Assembly (NCBI GenBank): GCA_964398885.1
Contig: CAYNOU010000001.1
Location: 221-64,220 of the forward strand
Length of the DNA stretch: 64,000 bases
Direction: 5' to 3'
DNA from: an uncultured Candidatus Cloacimonadota bacterium
Lineage (GTDB): Bacteria; Cloacimonadota; Cloacimonadia; JGIOTU-2
The notes below the pieces were generated by a model that saw only the letters and a list, made by a program, of their open reading frames with translations, was not told where the DNA came from and made no database searches. Positions 36,720 through 46,857 of the stretch are shown here, piece after piece. Numbering within the stretch: the stretch's first letter is position 1; every line of letters begins with the position of its first letter. A program made the translations under genes and the position numbers.

Positions 36720-36728
36720 GGGGGGGGG
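36720..36728. repeat. G9 homopolymer (C9 on the gene strand) ~210 bp upstream of the 36512 start
   Basis: The sequence reads ...tggatttct-ggggggggg-tgaaacc... It is the only long G/C run in an AT-rich window. Confidence 0.9.
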
Positions 36729-36892
36729 TGAAACCAGAAATGTAAAATGTAAAATTAAAAATGAAAAATTAGGGATAGGAATGGTAGAATGGAATATTAA
36801 AATATCGTCATTGCTCAAACACAATTTTTTCTTTCTTGCTTTCATCTTTTCCCCAAAAATATAAATACAATTTAATAATAATTAAAATAACC

Positions 36893-36938
36893 TTGTCAAA
36901 TAAAAGTTACTTAAAGAGTAAAAAAATAAGTACAAAAT
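36893..36938. repeat. Conserved ~45-bp box, copy 1
   Basis: ttgtcaaataaaagttacttaaagagtaaaaaaataagtacaaa recurs at 40593-40637 with 1 mismatch. Both copies lie upstream of minus-strand T9SS-cargo genes. Confidence 0.85.
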
Positions 36939-37081
36939 TATACTCTATTATCCCGATCCGTTCAGACTTCCCGATGAAATCGGGGAGACTAATATACCCG
37001 TTCTCCGGAGCACTGCGAAGGGTGAATCGGGAGTATCAGAGCAGATTATGGAGAGATAAAAAAATATTTTATCAAATAAAC

Positions 37082-38089
37082 CTATCTCAGAAGTAGCATC
37101 TTCTTAACTGCTGATTTATCTCCTGAAGATAATCTACATAAATAAATTCCAGTTGGTAACTGCTTTCCATTTTTATCTTTTCCATCCCAATTTATGGAGT
37201 AGTCCCGATACATCGGGGCTTTCGTGGAGAGAGACTCTCCACACTCCAAGCATTTCACCAATTGTCCTTTTACATTATAAATTTTTATCTCTGCGTTCTT
37301 TGCGTCTCTGCGGTGAATATTAAAAGATATAGTGGTTGAGCTGCTGAAAGGGTTGGGATAAGAGGATAGCATTAATTTTTCTTTTTCTCTATTTGAATTT
37401 TCCGTAACAGAGGTAATTATGTGATAAAATATCTTTAAGTAAGGCCGTTTTTCCGGGAAATCAATACCAATATCACTAGTATAAAAACATAAAAAATCCC
37501 AATGATTATCATAATCTGTATTTATTGGAAAGCGAACACGAAATTGGCATCTCTCATAATCTTCTTGTACTAAAGTTTCTATATAGGAGCCTACCTGCAT
37601 TTTTTGAAATCCGATATTAAAATAAGAACATAACACACCTATATTGCTGACAATAGTTTGGGGATCACCCGGATCGCCAGCTGTCCAATCTGAATAGTCT
37701 AAACTTGGACCATAATCTATAAGATCCATAATACAGAACAATGTATCGCCACCTGGCACATCCCATATTGGGTAAGAATAATTCCCAATATTACTTTGGC
37801 CATTATATAGATAAACACCAACCTCCGCTGAATCTATTTCAGTGCTATCATTGAACAATATTAATGGCATGTCAAAAGAAAGATAGCCTCTGTCGTAGGA
37901 AGTATACTGAACCCAATCACCAGGATAAAACCCCAATGATATTGTGCTCATATTATAAAAACCACCATTTTCAGCATATGACATATCACCATCCAGATAA
38001 TCTGTACTATAAACAATTAGTGAATCCTGAGCTCGTAGAGAAATGGAAAAGAAGAGTATAAAAGTATAGATAAAAACTACTTTTTTCAT
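37082..38089 (-). CDS. Secreted protein with T9SS-type C-terminal domain
   Basis: A signal peptide is present. The last ~90 aa are nearly identical to those of 33872..36076. Confidence 0.65.
   Translation of the reverse strand: MKKVVFIYTFILFFSISLRAQDSLIVYSTDYLDGDMSYAENGGFYNMSTISLGFYPGDWVQYTSYDRGYLSFDMPLILFNDSTEIDSAEVGVYLYNGQSNIGNYSYPIWDVPGGDTLFCIMDLIDYGPSLDYSDWTAGDPGDPQTIVSNIGVLCSYFNIGFQKMQVGSYIETLVQEDYERCQFRVRFPINTDYDNHWDFLCFYTSDIGIDFPEKRPYLKIFYHIITSVTENSNREKEKLMLSSYPNPFSSSTTISFNIHRRDAKNAEIKIYNVKGQLVKCLECGESLSTKAPMYRDYSINWDGKDKNGKQLPTGIYLCRLSSGDKSAVKKMLLLR
37182..37351. repeat. 170-bp block identical to 33972-34141
   Basis: See the partner feature at 33972-34141. Confidence 0.85.
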
Positions 38090-38143
38090 GATTTCCTCTT
38101 TTTAATAATTTAATATATATCGAATTTTTTATTAGCTATTAAC

Positions 38144-40429
38144 TTATTTCATCAGAATCATCTTCCTTGTACATGACTCATCACCAGATGATAGTCGATA
38201 TAGATAAATTCCAGAGGAAACAGATTTGCCATTATCATCTTTGCCATTCCACACAACCTTAGTAAATTCGGAATTTCCATCCTCCGAAGCAGAGCTTCTG
38301 CGGAGGACGGGCGGGGTTCGGAGTTCGAAATTCTTCACCAATTGCCCTTTTATATTATAAATTTCTATTTGTGCATTTTTGTGTGATTTTGTGGCTAAAT
38401 TGAACGAAATCGTTGTTGAACTGCTGAATGGATTGGGATAATTGAAAAGAGAGAAAGTAATGTCTGTAATTTCTTCATTCTCATCCACAGAAACTATACC
38501 ACCTTCGTTAAATACAGCTACATACTCAAGCCAGGTTCCTATCCATAGATTATCATTAGTATCAAAAAATAAGGCAGATGTGCGGGTATCTGGTAACAAG
38601 GAATTTCCCATATCATATACAGTTACTACATCGCCGTCTATTTTAACTAATCCTCCTTCAGTAGCAGATGGATATCTAAATCCAGCAACCCAAACGCTTC
38701 CATCAGATGCAAGTGCAATATCATTTATCTTCTCCAAGCCGTATGAATAACCGTAGATATGCCAGCTTGAGCCATCAAACTTTCCAAGACAATCACCTTC
38801 AGTTCCTACCCAGATATTCTCTTCATTATCAACTAAAATGCAGGATATTTCATTACTCGGAATATTTGAATTGCTTGTATTATAAATTATCCACTCATCT
38901 TCTTTATCAAATCTGGCAATGCCATTATAACAAGTGCCAAGCCAGATGTTTCCTTCATTATCAAAATCTAAATCAGATACATGATTCCCTGGTATACCGG
39001 AATTATAAGTTTTATACACTTCACAAATCTGTGCTTGCTCATCAAACATTATCAATCCCTCTCCATCTGCTCCGAGCCATTTAACATTATTAGTATCTAT
39101 TTTGATACTAAGAAAGTTATTATATGGTAAGATAGAATTATAGTAGTTGTAATATGTCCATTCGTTACCATCAAAACAGGCTATTCCGCCCTCGCTGTTA
39201 TCTGCATCTGTCGTAGCAGCCCAGATATGACCGTAAGAATCCGTATCAAATGACAGTATACGATTACTGGGCAGGTTAGAATTAGACATATTATATAAAC
39301 TCCATTCTGAGTTTTGATAATGTGCCACTCCCATAGGGTTAGAAATACTCCCAACACCTATCCATGCTCCATTCTCATTGCAATGTACACAGGTTATCCA
39401 ATGATAAGACAAAATAGAATTACTTACATTATAACTGGTAAAACTCTCATCATCAAATTTTACAAGTCCATAATCCTGAACTGCCAGCCATTTGATACCA
39501 TCAGAATCTACCAGAATATCAGTTACATTATTGCCTGGAATATTTGAATTTCCAGTATGCCATACAGTCCAATTCTCTTCATCAAATTTTACTAAACCAG
39601 TATCTGCTGTTGCTATCCATTTGTTTCCTTGTGCATCTATTGCTATATCATATAACTCCTCACTCGGTAATCCAGAGTTCGCCATCGTGTATCCTGTCCA
39701 TTCTTCTGTTTCAGTATCAAAACACCCCAAACCGCCATGATAACTTGCCCATTTTCGCACGGTAAACCATATATAATTATCAGTATCAATTTCTAGGGCA
39801 GTTACATCCCCACTCTCTATTCCAGAATTAAGGGTAGAAAATTCTTCCCATTCAAAATTGTTAAACTTTATTAACCTTGCATTTCCAGTAAACCATTTAG
39901 TTCCATCTGGGGTAATAATTAAAGATCTAACCCCCACAAAATCAATTCCAATGGTATCTTCATCAAATAAAGTCCATTCATTTCCCTGAATTTTTATTAT
40001 ATAATCATCCATTCCAATCCAGATAGTAGTATCGTTTTCTGTTGCTATACAATATATATGTTTTCTTGGTAGTTCAGAGTTATAATAATCATAGTAATAC
40101 CAGTTTTCATAATCATATTGTGCGATTGCTTTTATCCCCCGTATATCACTGGTGTTCATACCTACCCAAATATTACTACTTTGCACAGCTACGGAATTAA
40201 GTCTATTCGTAGCAGGCACTCCAGTTCCTCTATTAAAGAATATCATCTCCTCAGTATTTTTATTAAATCTCGTTAGTCCCCCAGAATGAGCTACCCATAA
40301 GAAATCACCATCTTCTTTAATGTCATTAACATATAAGCCAGTAGTATAATTAATCCACTCAGGGTTCTGTGAAAATAGGAATGAGACAGGAAGAAGTAAG
40401 ATGGATATGATTAGAAATAATTTTCTCAT
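38144..40429 (-). CDS. Surface protein with two-component-regulator-propeller (Reg_prop) repeats and T9SS-type C-terminal domain
   Basis: I prefer the start at 40429 ('MRKLFLIISILLLPVSFLFS'). There are many repeats such as 'NSGLPSEELYDIAIDAQGNKWIATADTGLVKFD'. The C-terminus is 'NPFSSSTTISFNL...IEIYNIKGQLV...GIYLYRL'. Confidence 0.7.
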   Translation of the reverse strand: MRKLFLIISILLLPVSFLFSQNPEWINYTTGLYVNDIKEDGDFLWVAHSGGLTRFNKNTEEMIFFNRGTGVPATNRLNSVAVQSSNIWVGMNTSDIRGIKAIAQYDYENWYYYDYYNSELPRKHIYCIATENDTTIWIGMDDYIIKIQGNEWTLFDEDTIGIDFVGVRSLIITPDGTKWFTGNARLIKFNNFEWEEFSTLNSGIESGDVTALEIDTDNYIWFTVRKWASYHGGLGCFDTETEEWTGYTMANSGLPSEELYDIAIDAQGNKWIATADTGLVKFDEENWTVWHTGNSNIPGNNVTDILVDSDGIKWLAVQDYGLVKFDDESFTSYNVSNSILSYHWITCVHCNENGAWIGVGSISNPMGVAHYQNSEWSLYNMSNSNLPSNRILSFDTDSYGHIWAATTDADNSEGGIACFDGNEWTYYNYYNSILPYNNFLSIKIDTNNVKWLGADGEGLIMFDEQAQICEVYKTYNSGIPGNHVSDLDFDNEGNIWLGTCYNGIARFDKEDEWIIYNTSNSNIPSNEISCILVDNEENIWVGTEGDCLGKFDGSSWHIYGYSYGLEKINDIALASDGSVWVAGFRYPSATEGGLVKIDGDVVTVYDMGNSLLPDTRTSALFFDTNDNLWIGTWLEYVAVFNEGGIVSVDENEEITDITFSLFNYPNPFSSSTTISFNLATKSHKNAQIEIYNIKGQLVKNFELRTPPVLRRSSASEDGNSEFTKVVWNGKDDNGKSVSSGIYLYRLSSGDESCTRKMILMK

Positions 40430-40592
40430 GATGACTCCTTTCTTAATGGGTATAATGAATTCTGCAGAATAGAGAAACAACACTCAAAGCTGTCATTTTG
40501 ATAATTCCATTAAATGAGTTTAGTATTATTATTTGCTTTTAAATTTCTTTATCAACTATTTAGGAAACAATTTTATAAAAATAAAAAATATT

Positions 40593-40637
40593 TTGTCAAA
40601 TAAAAGTTACTTAAAGAGTAAAAAAATAAATACAAAC
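40593..40637. repeat. Conserved ~45-bp box, copy 2
   Basis: It matches 36893-36938. It lies 164-208 nt upstream of the 40429 start. Confidence 0.85.
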
Positions 40638-40757
40638 TATGCTCCAACACGGTTTGTAATCATGTTTTAATATTGTTTAGACACCATTACAAATGGTGCC
40701 GGATCAGATTATGTAAGTTACAAATGGTGTCAGAGCAGATTATTTTTAAAAAAATAT

Positions 40758-43397
40758 TTATTGCAATTTATTTTTAATCTCAGCTAAAACTTTTATTGCT
40801 TCTAAAGGGGTAATATTATTTGTATCAATATTTTTTATATCTTTTAATGCTTCTTTCTCTTTATTCGTTTTTTGTGAAAGGAAATCAAAAAAATTTGTCT
40901 GAGTAGCAGAACTTTTTTCTCTTTTGGCCCTTTCAAACATACTTGTCTCGTTAAATTCATTTTTTTCTAAATTTTTCAAGATTTCTTTTGCACGAATAAC
41001 TACTTTATCTGGGATGCCAGCAAGTTTTGCTACTTGTATTCCATAACTCTGGTCTGCGCTTCCTGGAACAACCTTTCTTAAGAAGATAACCTTATCTTTC
41101 CATTCCTTTGCAGTAATATTATAGTTTTTTACTGCAGGAAATATATCAGCCAATTCGGTAAGTTCATGATAATGGGTAGCAAATAAGGTTTTTGCTGCCA
41201 CATTTTTATTTTCGTGTAGGTATTCTACAACAGCCCAGGCGATGCTGAGTCCATCAAAAGTGCTTGTCCCTCGTCCTATCTCATCAAGAAGAATAAGACT
41301 TCTTGGAGTTGCATTGTGTAAGATATTTGCTGTTTCTATCATTTCAACAAGAAAAGTACTCTGTCCCAGTGCGAGATTATCAGAAGCACCTACTCTGGTA
41401 AATATTTTATCCACAATTCCAATTTTTGCAGAGGCTGCAGGAACAAACGAACCAATTTGAGCCATTAAAACAATCAATCCTACCTGACGCAAAAAAGTAG
41501 ATTTTCCAGCCATGTTCGGTCCTGTAATAAGCAAAATCCTATCTGATTTATTATTCAGGTATGTATCATTGGGAATAAAAGTTTCTTCAGTAATCAGTTT
41601 TTCTATTACAGGATGTCGCCCATCTTTTATTTCTATTTTTAGTTCATCTGTAATTTCCGGTCTTGAATAATTATTATAATATGCAATCTGTGCAAAATTT
41701 GTTATAACATCCAGAATTGATATTACATAGGAATATTTTTGCATTCTTGGAATGAATTTTGTTAGCTTATTTCTTATTTCAGTAAACAGAGAATATTCCA
41801 ACTGCTTTATTCGTTCTTCAGCACCTAAAACCTTGCTTTCATATTCTTTTAACTCAGGAGTAATAAATCTTTCTGCATTTACAAGAGTTTGCTTTCGTGT
41901 ATAGTTATCAGGAATCTTATCCAGATACGATTTAGTAACTTCAATGTAATACCCGAACACATTATTGAATTTTACTTTTAGCTTTTGAATTCCAGTTCTT
42001 TTTATCTCCTTATCTTGTAGTTTTGCAATCCATTTTTTACCGTTTTTACTCGCATTTCGTAGAGTATCTAATTCTTCATTATACCCATCTTTGATGATTC
42101 CACCATCTTGAATGGTAAGCGGTGCTTCTTCTATTATTGCATTTTCAATAATCAGTATTACTTCATCAAAATTTTGAATAGAATTAAACATATCTTTGAG
42201 AATTTTAGATTCACAATCTCTTATTAAATCAGCAATTGGTGTGGATAATTTCAGATAATTTTTTAACGCGATGAGGTCTCTCGGATATGCTTTTTCAGTT
42301 CCTATTTTGCTGATAATTCTTTCAATATCACCTATATCTTTCAGAATTTCAATTAATGAATTTCTTATGTAAGATTTATCAAGTAGTTCAGAAACAGCGT
42401 CCAAACGGTTATCTATTTCATCTTTAATAATTAGTGGATTTAATATCCATTGAAAAAGAAGTCGGCTACCCATTGAAGTTTTATTATAATCTATTGTATC
42501 AAGAAGAGTGCCTTTTCTTTCTCGTGTTCTTATTGATTCTATGAGTTCTAAATTATGTCGTGAGATTGCATCAACCTGCATAAACTGGCTGGTTGAGTAA
42601 AAGTTAATGTTTGTTATATGTTTGAGTTCAGTCCCTTTTAAATCTTGCAAATAGGAAAGTATTGCGGCTGATGCGCAGATTGTATTATCTCTTCCAGCTA
42701 AACCGAATCCATCTAATGATAGAACCGCAAAGTGTCTTTTCAGAATATCTTCTGCTTCAATATAATCGTATCTCCATGATTCATATTTTGTGAATGTGGG
42801 TGAATAGAAAATTTTTATGTCTTGCTCCAATTTTAATTCTGCACCTTCTGGTATAAGTATTTCAGTTGGATGGATTCTTACAATTTCATCTAACAGTTTA
42901 TCTTTTGATAATTCTGTGCATAAGAATTTACCAGTTGATATATCAATGGATGCCACTCCGCAGTTTGATTTTCCTTCATATATTGCAGTTAGAAAGTTAT
43001 TACTTTTCCCCTTTAGATAGTCTTGTTCTAAAATTGTTCCAGGTGTTATGACCTCAACAATTTCTCTTTTTACTAATTTTTTTGCAAGTTTTGGGTCTTC
43101 AACCTGTTCGCAAATTGCAACTTTAACTCCATTATCAATTAGTTTTTTTAGGTAATTATTTAAAGCATGATAAGGAAAACCAGCAAGCGGGACAGGATTT
43201 TTCTTTTTTTTATCTCTTGTAGTAAGAGTAAGACCCAAAATTTTGGAAGCTTTCTTTGCATCGTCAAAAAAGGTCTCGTAGAAATCTCCCATTCTAAATA
43301 AGAGTAAGGCATCGGGCTGTTTCCTTTTTATGGATAAGTATTGATTCATTAAAGGCGTAAATTCTTGTGAGGAATCAGATTTTGATGATTTCGTCAT
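40758..43397 (-). CDS. mutS: DNA mismatch repair protein MutS
   Basis: 'TPLMNQYLSIKRKQPDALLLFRMGDFYETFFDDA' and the Walker A 'TGPNMAGKSTFLRQ' are present, along with 'DEIGRGTSTFDG'. The length is 879 aa. Confidence 0.97.
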   Translation of the reverse strand: MTKSSKSDSSQEFTPLMNQYLSIKRKQPDALLLFRMGDFYETFFDDAKKASKILGLTLTTRDKKKKNPVPLAGFPYHALNNYLKKLIDNGVKVAICEQVEDPKLAKKLVKREIVEVITPGTILEQDYLKGKSNNFLTAIYEGKSNCGVASIDISTGKFLCTELSKDKLLDEIVRIHPTEILIPEGAELKLEQDIKIFYSPTFTKYESWRYDYIEAEDILKRHFAVLSLDGFGLAGRDNTICASAAILSYLQDLKGTELKHITNINFYSTSQFMQVDAISRHNLELIESIRTRERKGTLLDTIDYNKTSMGSRLLFQWILNPLIIKDEIDNRLDAVSELLDKSYIRNSLIEILKDIGDIERIISKIGTEKAYPRDLIALKNYLKLSTPIADLIRDCESKILKDMFNSIQNFDEVILIIENAIIEEAPLTIQDGGIIKDGYNEELDTLRNASKNGKKWIAKLQDKEIKRTGIQKLKVKFNNVFGYYIEVTKSYLDKIPDNYTRKQTLVNAERFITPELKEYESKVLGAEERIKQLEYSLFTEIRNKLTKFIPRMQKYSYVISILDVITNFAQIAYYNNYSRPEITDELKIEIKDGRHPVIEKLITEETFIPNDTYLNNKSDRILLITGPNMAGKSTFLRQVGLIVLMAQIGSFVPAASAKIGIVDKIFTRVGASDNLALGQSTFLVEMIETANILHNATPRSLILLDEIGRGTSTFDGLSIAWAVVEYLHENKNVAAKTLFATHYHELTELADIFPAVKNYNITAKEWKDKVIFLRKVVPGSADQSYGIQVAKLAGIPDKVVIRAKEILKNLEKNEFNETSMFERAKREKSSATQTNFFDFLSQKTNKEKEALKDIKNIDTNNITPLEAIKVLAEIKNKLQ

Positions 43398-44431
43398 TAT
43401 GGTTTTTTGTATATAAATGATGATATTCCGTTTTCTTTAAGTTTATTTCTAACATATTTTGCTTCTGTTTCTGTTCTATATGGTCCCAATCCAACAGCAA
43501 AATATCTTGTTCCTTTAACAATTTTTTCGTAAACAAAAGTGTCATACCCTTTTTCTCTAAATTCTGTTTTTGATTTCTCAGCTTTTTCTTTATTTAAAAA
43601 TGCGGCAAGTTGCACAATATACTTTTTGTCAGAATCTGTTTTTATTTCAGGCATCTTAACAGACGAGTCGTAATGCCCTTTTTCAGCAAGACTAACAAGT
43701 TGCGACTCGGCTAAGAATCTTTCGTTTGAATATGGATATTGATTGATTACTTTTTTGTAGGCTACAATAGCATTACTAAATTGCGATAACTTTTCCTCAC
43801 ATAATCCAATCATATATAAAATATACGACGAAAAATTTTTGTTCTTGTTAGAACTATTCAAATTTTTAAAGTGGTTTAATGCGGCAGGGTAATTATTCAG
43901 TTTGAAGTATGAAGTTCCTATGTTTAAAGATGCTAATTCTATTTTAGTATTGTCCTTACCAGTTTTAAGATAGTTTTTTAAGTAATTTATACAATTATCA
44001 TAATTATTCATAGCAAGGCAAGTTTGGCCTGACCAATATAATGTTTCCTCAAAAGAATTGCTCGTTGAATTTTGAAGTATTTGGTTCAAATATTTCCTGG
44101 CTTCTGAATAATTTGACTTGCAGAAATAATTTTTGGCAAGAGATAATCTTGCTTTATCACTATATGTATTTTCTTGAAGAGCTAATATTTTTTCGTAGTA
44201 TTTATTAGCTTCATCAGATGTTTCTGCACAATGAGCGATAAGAAAATAAATTTCTGCGAGTAAATTTATGTCATCAGCAAAGTCTATTGACTTTTCTAAA
44301 ATATTTTTAGCAGAAAGATAATTCTCCTTATTAATTTCAGCCTTTGCTTTGCTAATTTCATTATGGCAATCTGCAAAGGAGAGATTTGATATAAGAAAGA
44401 CAGTGCATGCAAAAAGAATAGATAGTTTCAT
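43397..44431 (-). CDS. TPR-repeat protein with C-terminal SPOR domain
   Basis: I prefer the start at 44431 ('MKLSILFACTVFLISNLSFA'). The protein has TPR-like helices. The C-terminal 'YIVQLAAFLNKEKAEKSKTEFREKGYDTFVY...YFAVGLGPYRTETEAKYV' is SPOR-like. The stop overlaps the mutS start. Confidence 0.7.
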   Translation of the reverse strand: MKLSILFACTVFLISNLSFADCHNEISKAKAEINKENYLSAKNILEKSIDFADDINLLAEIYFLIAHCAETSDEANKYYEKILALQENTYSDKARLSLAKNYFCKSNYSEARKYLNQILQNSTSNSFEETLYWSGQTCLAMNNYDNCINYLKNYLKTGKDNTKIELASLNIGTSYFKLNNYPAALNHFKNLNSSNKNKNFSSYILYMIGLCEEKLSQFSNAIVAYKKVINQYPYSNERFLAESQLVSLAEKGHYDSSVKMPEIKTDSDKKYIVQLAAFLNKEKAEKSKTEFREKGYDTFVYEKIVKGTRYFAVGLGPYRTETEAKYVRNKLKENGISSFIYKKP

Positions 44432-44461
44432 ATGTAAATCCTTTTTTGCCACAGAGGCACA

Positions 44462-44657
44462 GAGCACACAGAGATAAATGTAAAATTACGAATTACAAGT
44501 ACATTGCAATGATCCTAACGCCATTTTTAATGGTGTTTTAATAAACAGTCCCCGCGTACGCGGGGATCAAATCCTGCCCGTCTTGGCTCGGCACCAAGCC
44601 GAGACAGGTTAGGAACAATTAGGATCTGTACATTCAGCCTCTCAATTTTCATTATCC
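44462..44657. repeat. 196-bp composite module repeat, copy B
   Basis: It matches 17401-17596. The flanking spacer 44658-44790 carries further modules: gtcccgactcgtcgggat and tcccggtatatcgggagacgggcagac. Confidence 0.9.
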
Positions 44658-44847
44658 TTTGTCCCGACTCGTCGGGATGAATATTTCATCTAAAAATAAC
44701 CCGCAAATGATATGTTTCAAACACCATTATCCCGGTATATCGGGAGACGGGCAGACAGGTGAAATACTTTGTAATCAATTTAATCAGGGACGGCATGAAT
44801 GTTTCATTGTTGCGAAAGAGTTTGAATTTGTTTTTTTGGATTTTCTG

Positions 44848-46116
44848 CTAACTGCTCATTAGTTTAAGGAATTCAGTATTATTTTTCGTATCTCTCATTT
44901 TATTTTTGAGAAACTCTATTGCACTGTAAGGGCTTTGATTTTTAAGATATTTGCGAAGAACAAAGACGCGATTTCTAACTTCTTCTGATAGTAGCAATTC
45001 TTCCCTTCTTGTTCCAGATGTAACAAGGTCAATAGCCGGGTACATTCGGAGGTCACTTATTGAACGGTCTAAGACAAGTTCCATATTTCCAGTGCCTTTG
45101 AATTCTTCAAATATGACTGTATCCATTTTACTGCCAGTTTGAATTAATGCCGTTGCAATAATAGTCAGAGTTCCACCTTCTGCCGTGTTACGCGCAGCAC
45201 CAAAGAACCGTTTGGGTTTATGCAATGCATTTGCATCCACGCCACCGGAAAGCACTTTTCCACTTGCAGGAACTAAAGCATTATAAGCTCTTGCAAGACG
45301 TGTAATACTGTCTAATAATATTACAACATCTTGGTTAAATTCAACCATTCTTTTGGCTTTTTCCATCACCATCTCTGCTAAGCGGACATGATGATAAGCT
45401 GTTTCGTCAAATGTAGAGCTTACAACCTCTGAGTTTATTGGTTTTACAATTCTCTTCATTTCTGTGACCTCTTCTGGCCGTTCATCAATAAGAAGAACAA
45501 TTACATAAACCTCCGGATGATTTGTTAATATAGCATTTGCGAGTTTTTGTAATAAAACAGTTTTTCCAGTTCGTGGTGCGGAAACAATTAAACCCCTTTG
45601 GCCTTTACCAATTGGAGTGAAAAGGTCAATTATTCTTGATGAGAGTTCATTAGGGGTTGTTTCAAGATTTAATCTTTCTTCAGGATAAAAAGGTGTCAAA
45701 GAATCAAAATTAGGCATTTCAGCAACAGATTCCGGAGGTTCTCCATTTATAGAATCAATTCTGATTAAAGCAAAATACTTCTCCTCATCCTTTGGAGAAC
45801 GAACAGGACCTGCAATAATATTACCTTGTTTAATATGAAATTTCTTTATCTGTGCTTTTGAAACATAGATGTCACTGATACCACTATTGTAATTATTCTC
45901 TGGGGATCTTAAGAAACCATAACCTTCATTTGTTAGGTCTATAACCCCAGTCGTAAATACCAGCCCTTCACTCTCAGCCTGTGCTTTCAGAATTTCATTA
46001 ATTAGCTTCTCTTTGTTTAGAGATCTGTATTTTTTTATTTCAAATTCTTTTGCTAAACCATAAAGTTCATTTACAGTCTTTTTTTGAATATCCTTTAATC
46101 CTATTATGTTTTCCAT
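44848..46116 (-). CDS. rho: Transcription termination factor Rho
   Basis: 'GYGFLR', Walker A 'APRTGKT' and '[10 protein letters not shown]' are present, along with '[30 protein letters not shown]'. Confidence 0.97.
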   Translation of the reverse strand: MENIIGLKDIQKKTVNELYGLAKEFEIKKYRSLNKEKLINEILKAQAESEGLVFTTGVIDLTNEGYGFLRSPENNYNSGISDIYVSKAQIKKFHIKQGNIIAGPVRSPKDEEKYFALIRIDSINGEPPESVAEMPNFDSLTPFYPEERLNLETTPNELSSRIIDLFTPIGKGQRGLIVSAPRTGKTVLLQKLANAILTNHPEVYVIVLLIDERPEEVTEMKRIVKPINSEVVSSTFDETAYHHVRLAEMVMEKAKRMVEFNQDVVILLDSITRLARAYNALVPASGKVLSGGVDANALHKPKRFFGAARNTAEGGTLTIIATALIQTGSKMDTVIFEEFKGTGNMELVLDRSISDLRMYPAIDLVTSGTRREELLLSEEVRNRVFVLRKYLKNQSPYSAIEFLKNKMRDTKNNTEFLKLMSS

Positions 46117-46138
46117 AATACTCCTATATTATTTTAAT

Positions 46139-46834
46139 TTATAATTTATAATTTTGAATTTTATAATATTCTTCAGCTGATGACCTCCTGATATAGAATG
46201 GTTGCAGGTTTGCAATGTATTGATAGTCATAACTTAACTTAATATTCTTTTTGAATAAAATATCAATAAGAGATGCTGCTCGTGGATAATTAAGATGAGA
46301 AGGTGCAATTTTGTAATAAACTTTTACACCTGCATTTAATTCATCTTTTAGATTATCAATGCAAGGCCCAACAAAGACAACTTCCTCTTTTATACTATTT
46401 ATCAATTCCTCAACAGTGAATAGTTGCGGATTAATCAATTCATCTAATTCTGAAGAATAAATTGCGCTATAAACCTGGCTTCTTCCAGCATCCAATAAGA
46501 CACAAATATTTTTATTAGCAAAAGTAATATTATTCGCAAGAGACATCAAAGTAGAGATGGCAATTAATGGAATTTTTTGTCCATAACATATACCTTTTGC
46601 AGTTGAAAGCCCGATACGCAGACCTGTAAATGAGCCCGGACCAATTGCGACTACAACCGCATTAATTTCATTAATGTGAATACCAGTTTCTTTTAACATT
46701 TTATCAATATTTGGTAATAAGGTTTTAGAATGTGTCTTGTAACTTTTTATGGAATATTCAGCAATGATAGTTTTGTCGCTTGATATTGCAATACTACCAA
46801 ATGTTGTTGATGTATCCAGAGCAAGAATTTTCAT
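46139..46834 (-). CDS. tsaB: tRNA t6A37 biosynthesis protein TsaB (YeaZ)
   Basis: 'MKILALDTSTTFGSIAI' and 'VAIGPGSFTGLRIGLSTAKG' are present. Confidence 0.85.
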   Translation of the reverse strand: MKILALDTSTTFGSIAISSDKTIIAEYSIKSYKTHSKTLLPNIDKMLKETGIHINEINAVVVAIGPGSFTGLRIGLSTAKGICYGQKIPLIAISTLMSLANNITFANKNICVLLDAGRSQVYSAIYSSELDELINPQLFTVEELINSIKEEVVFVGPCIDNLKDELNAGVKVYYKIAPSHLNYPRAASLIDILFKKNIKLSYDYQYIANLQPFYIRRSSAEEYYKIQNYKL

Positions 46835-46857
46835 TAGAATTAATCGGGCAAAAAATA

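Noticed and set aside
36630-37096. ORFs 36630..36845(-) and 36836..37096(+) in the spacer between T9SS genes
   Set aside because: They cross the G9 tract, the conserved AT-rich box and hairpin modules. They have no RBS and low-complexity translations.
38442-39765. Five + strand ORFs antisense to the Reg_prop gene, with similar antisense ORFs in mutS, HAL, the secretin and the beta-helix gene
   Set aside because: These are typical shadow ORFs opposite long genes. They have no independent start signals or recognisable motifs.
44659-44862. 67-aa + strand ORF downstream of rho
   Set aside because: It is built from modules (gtcccgactcgtcgggat, tcccggtatatcggga). It overlaps the rho stop on the opposite strand and has no RBS.
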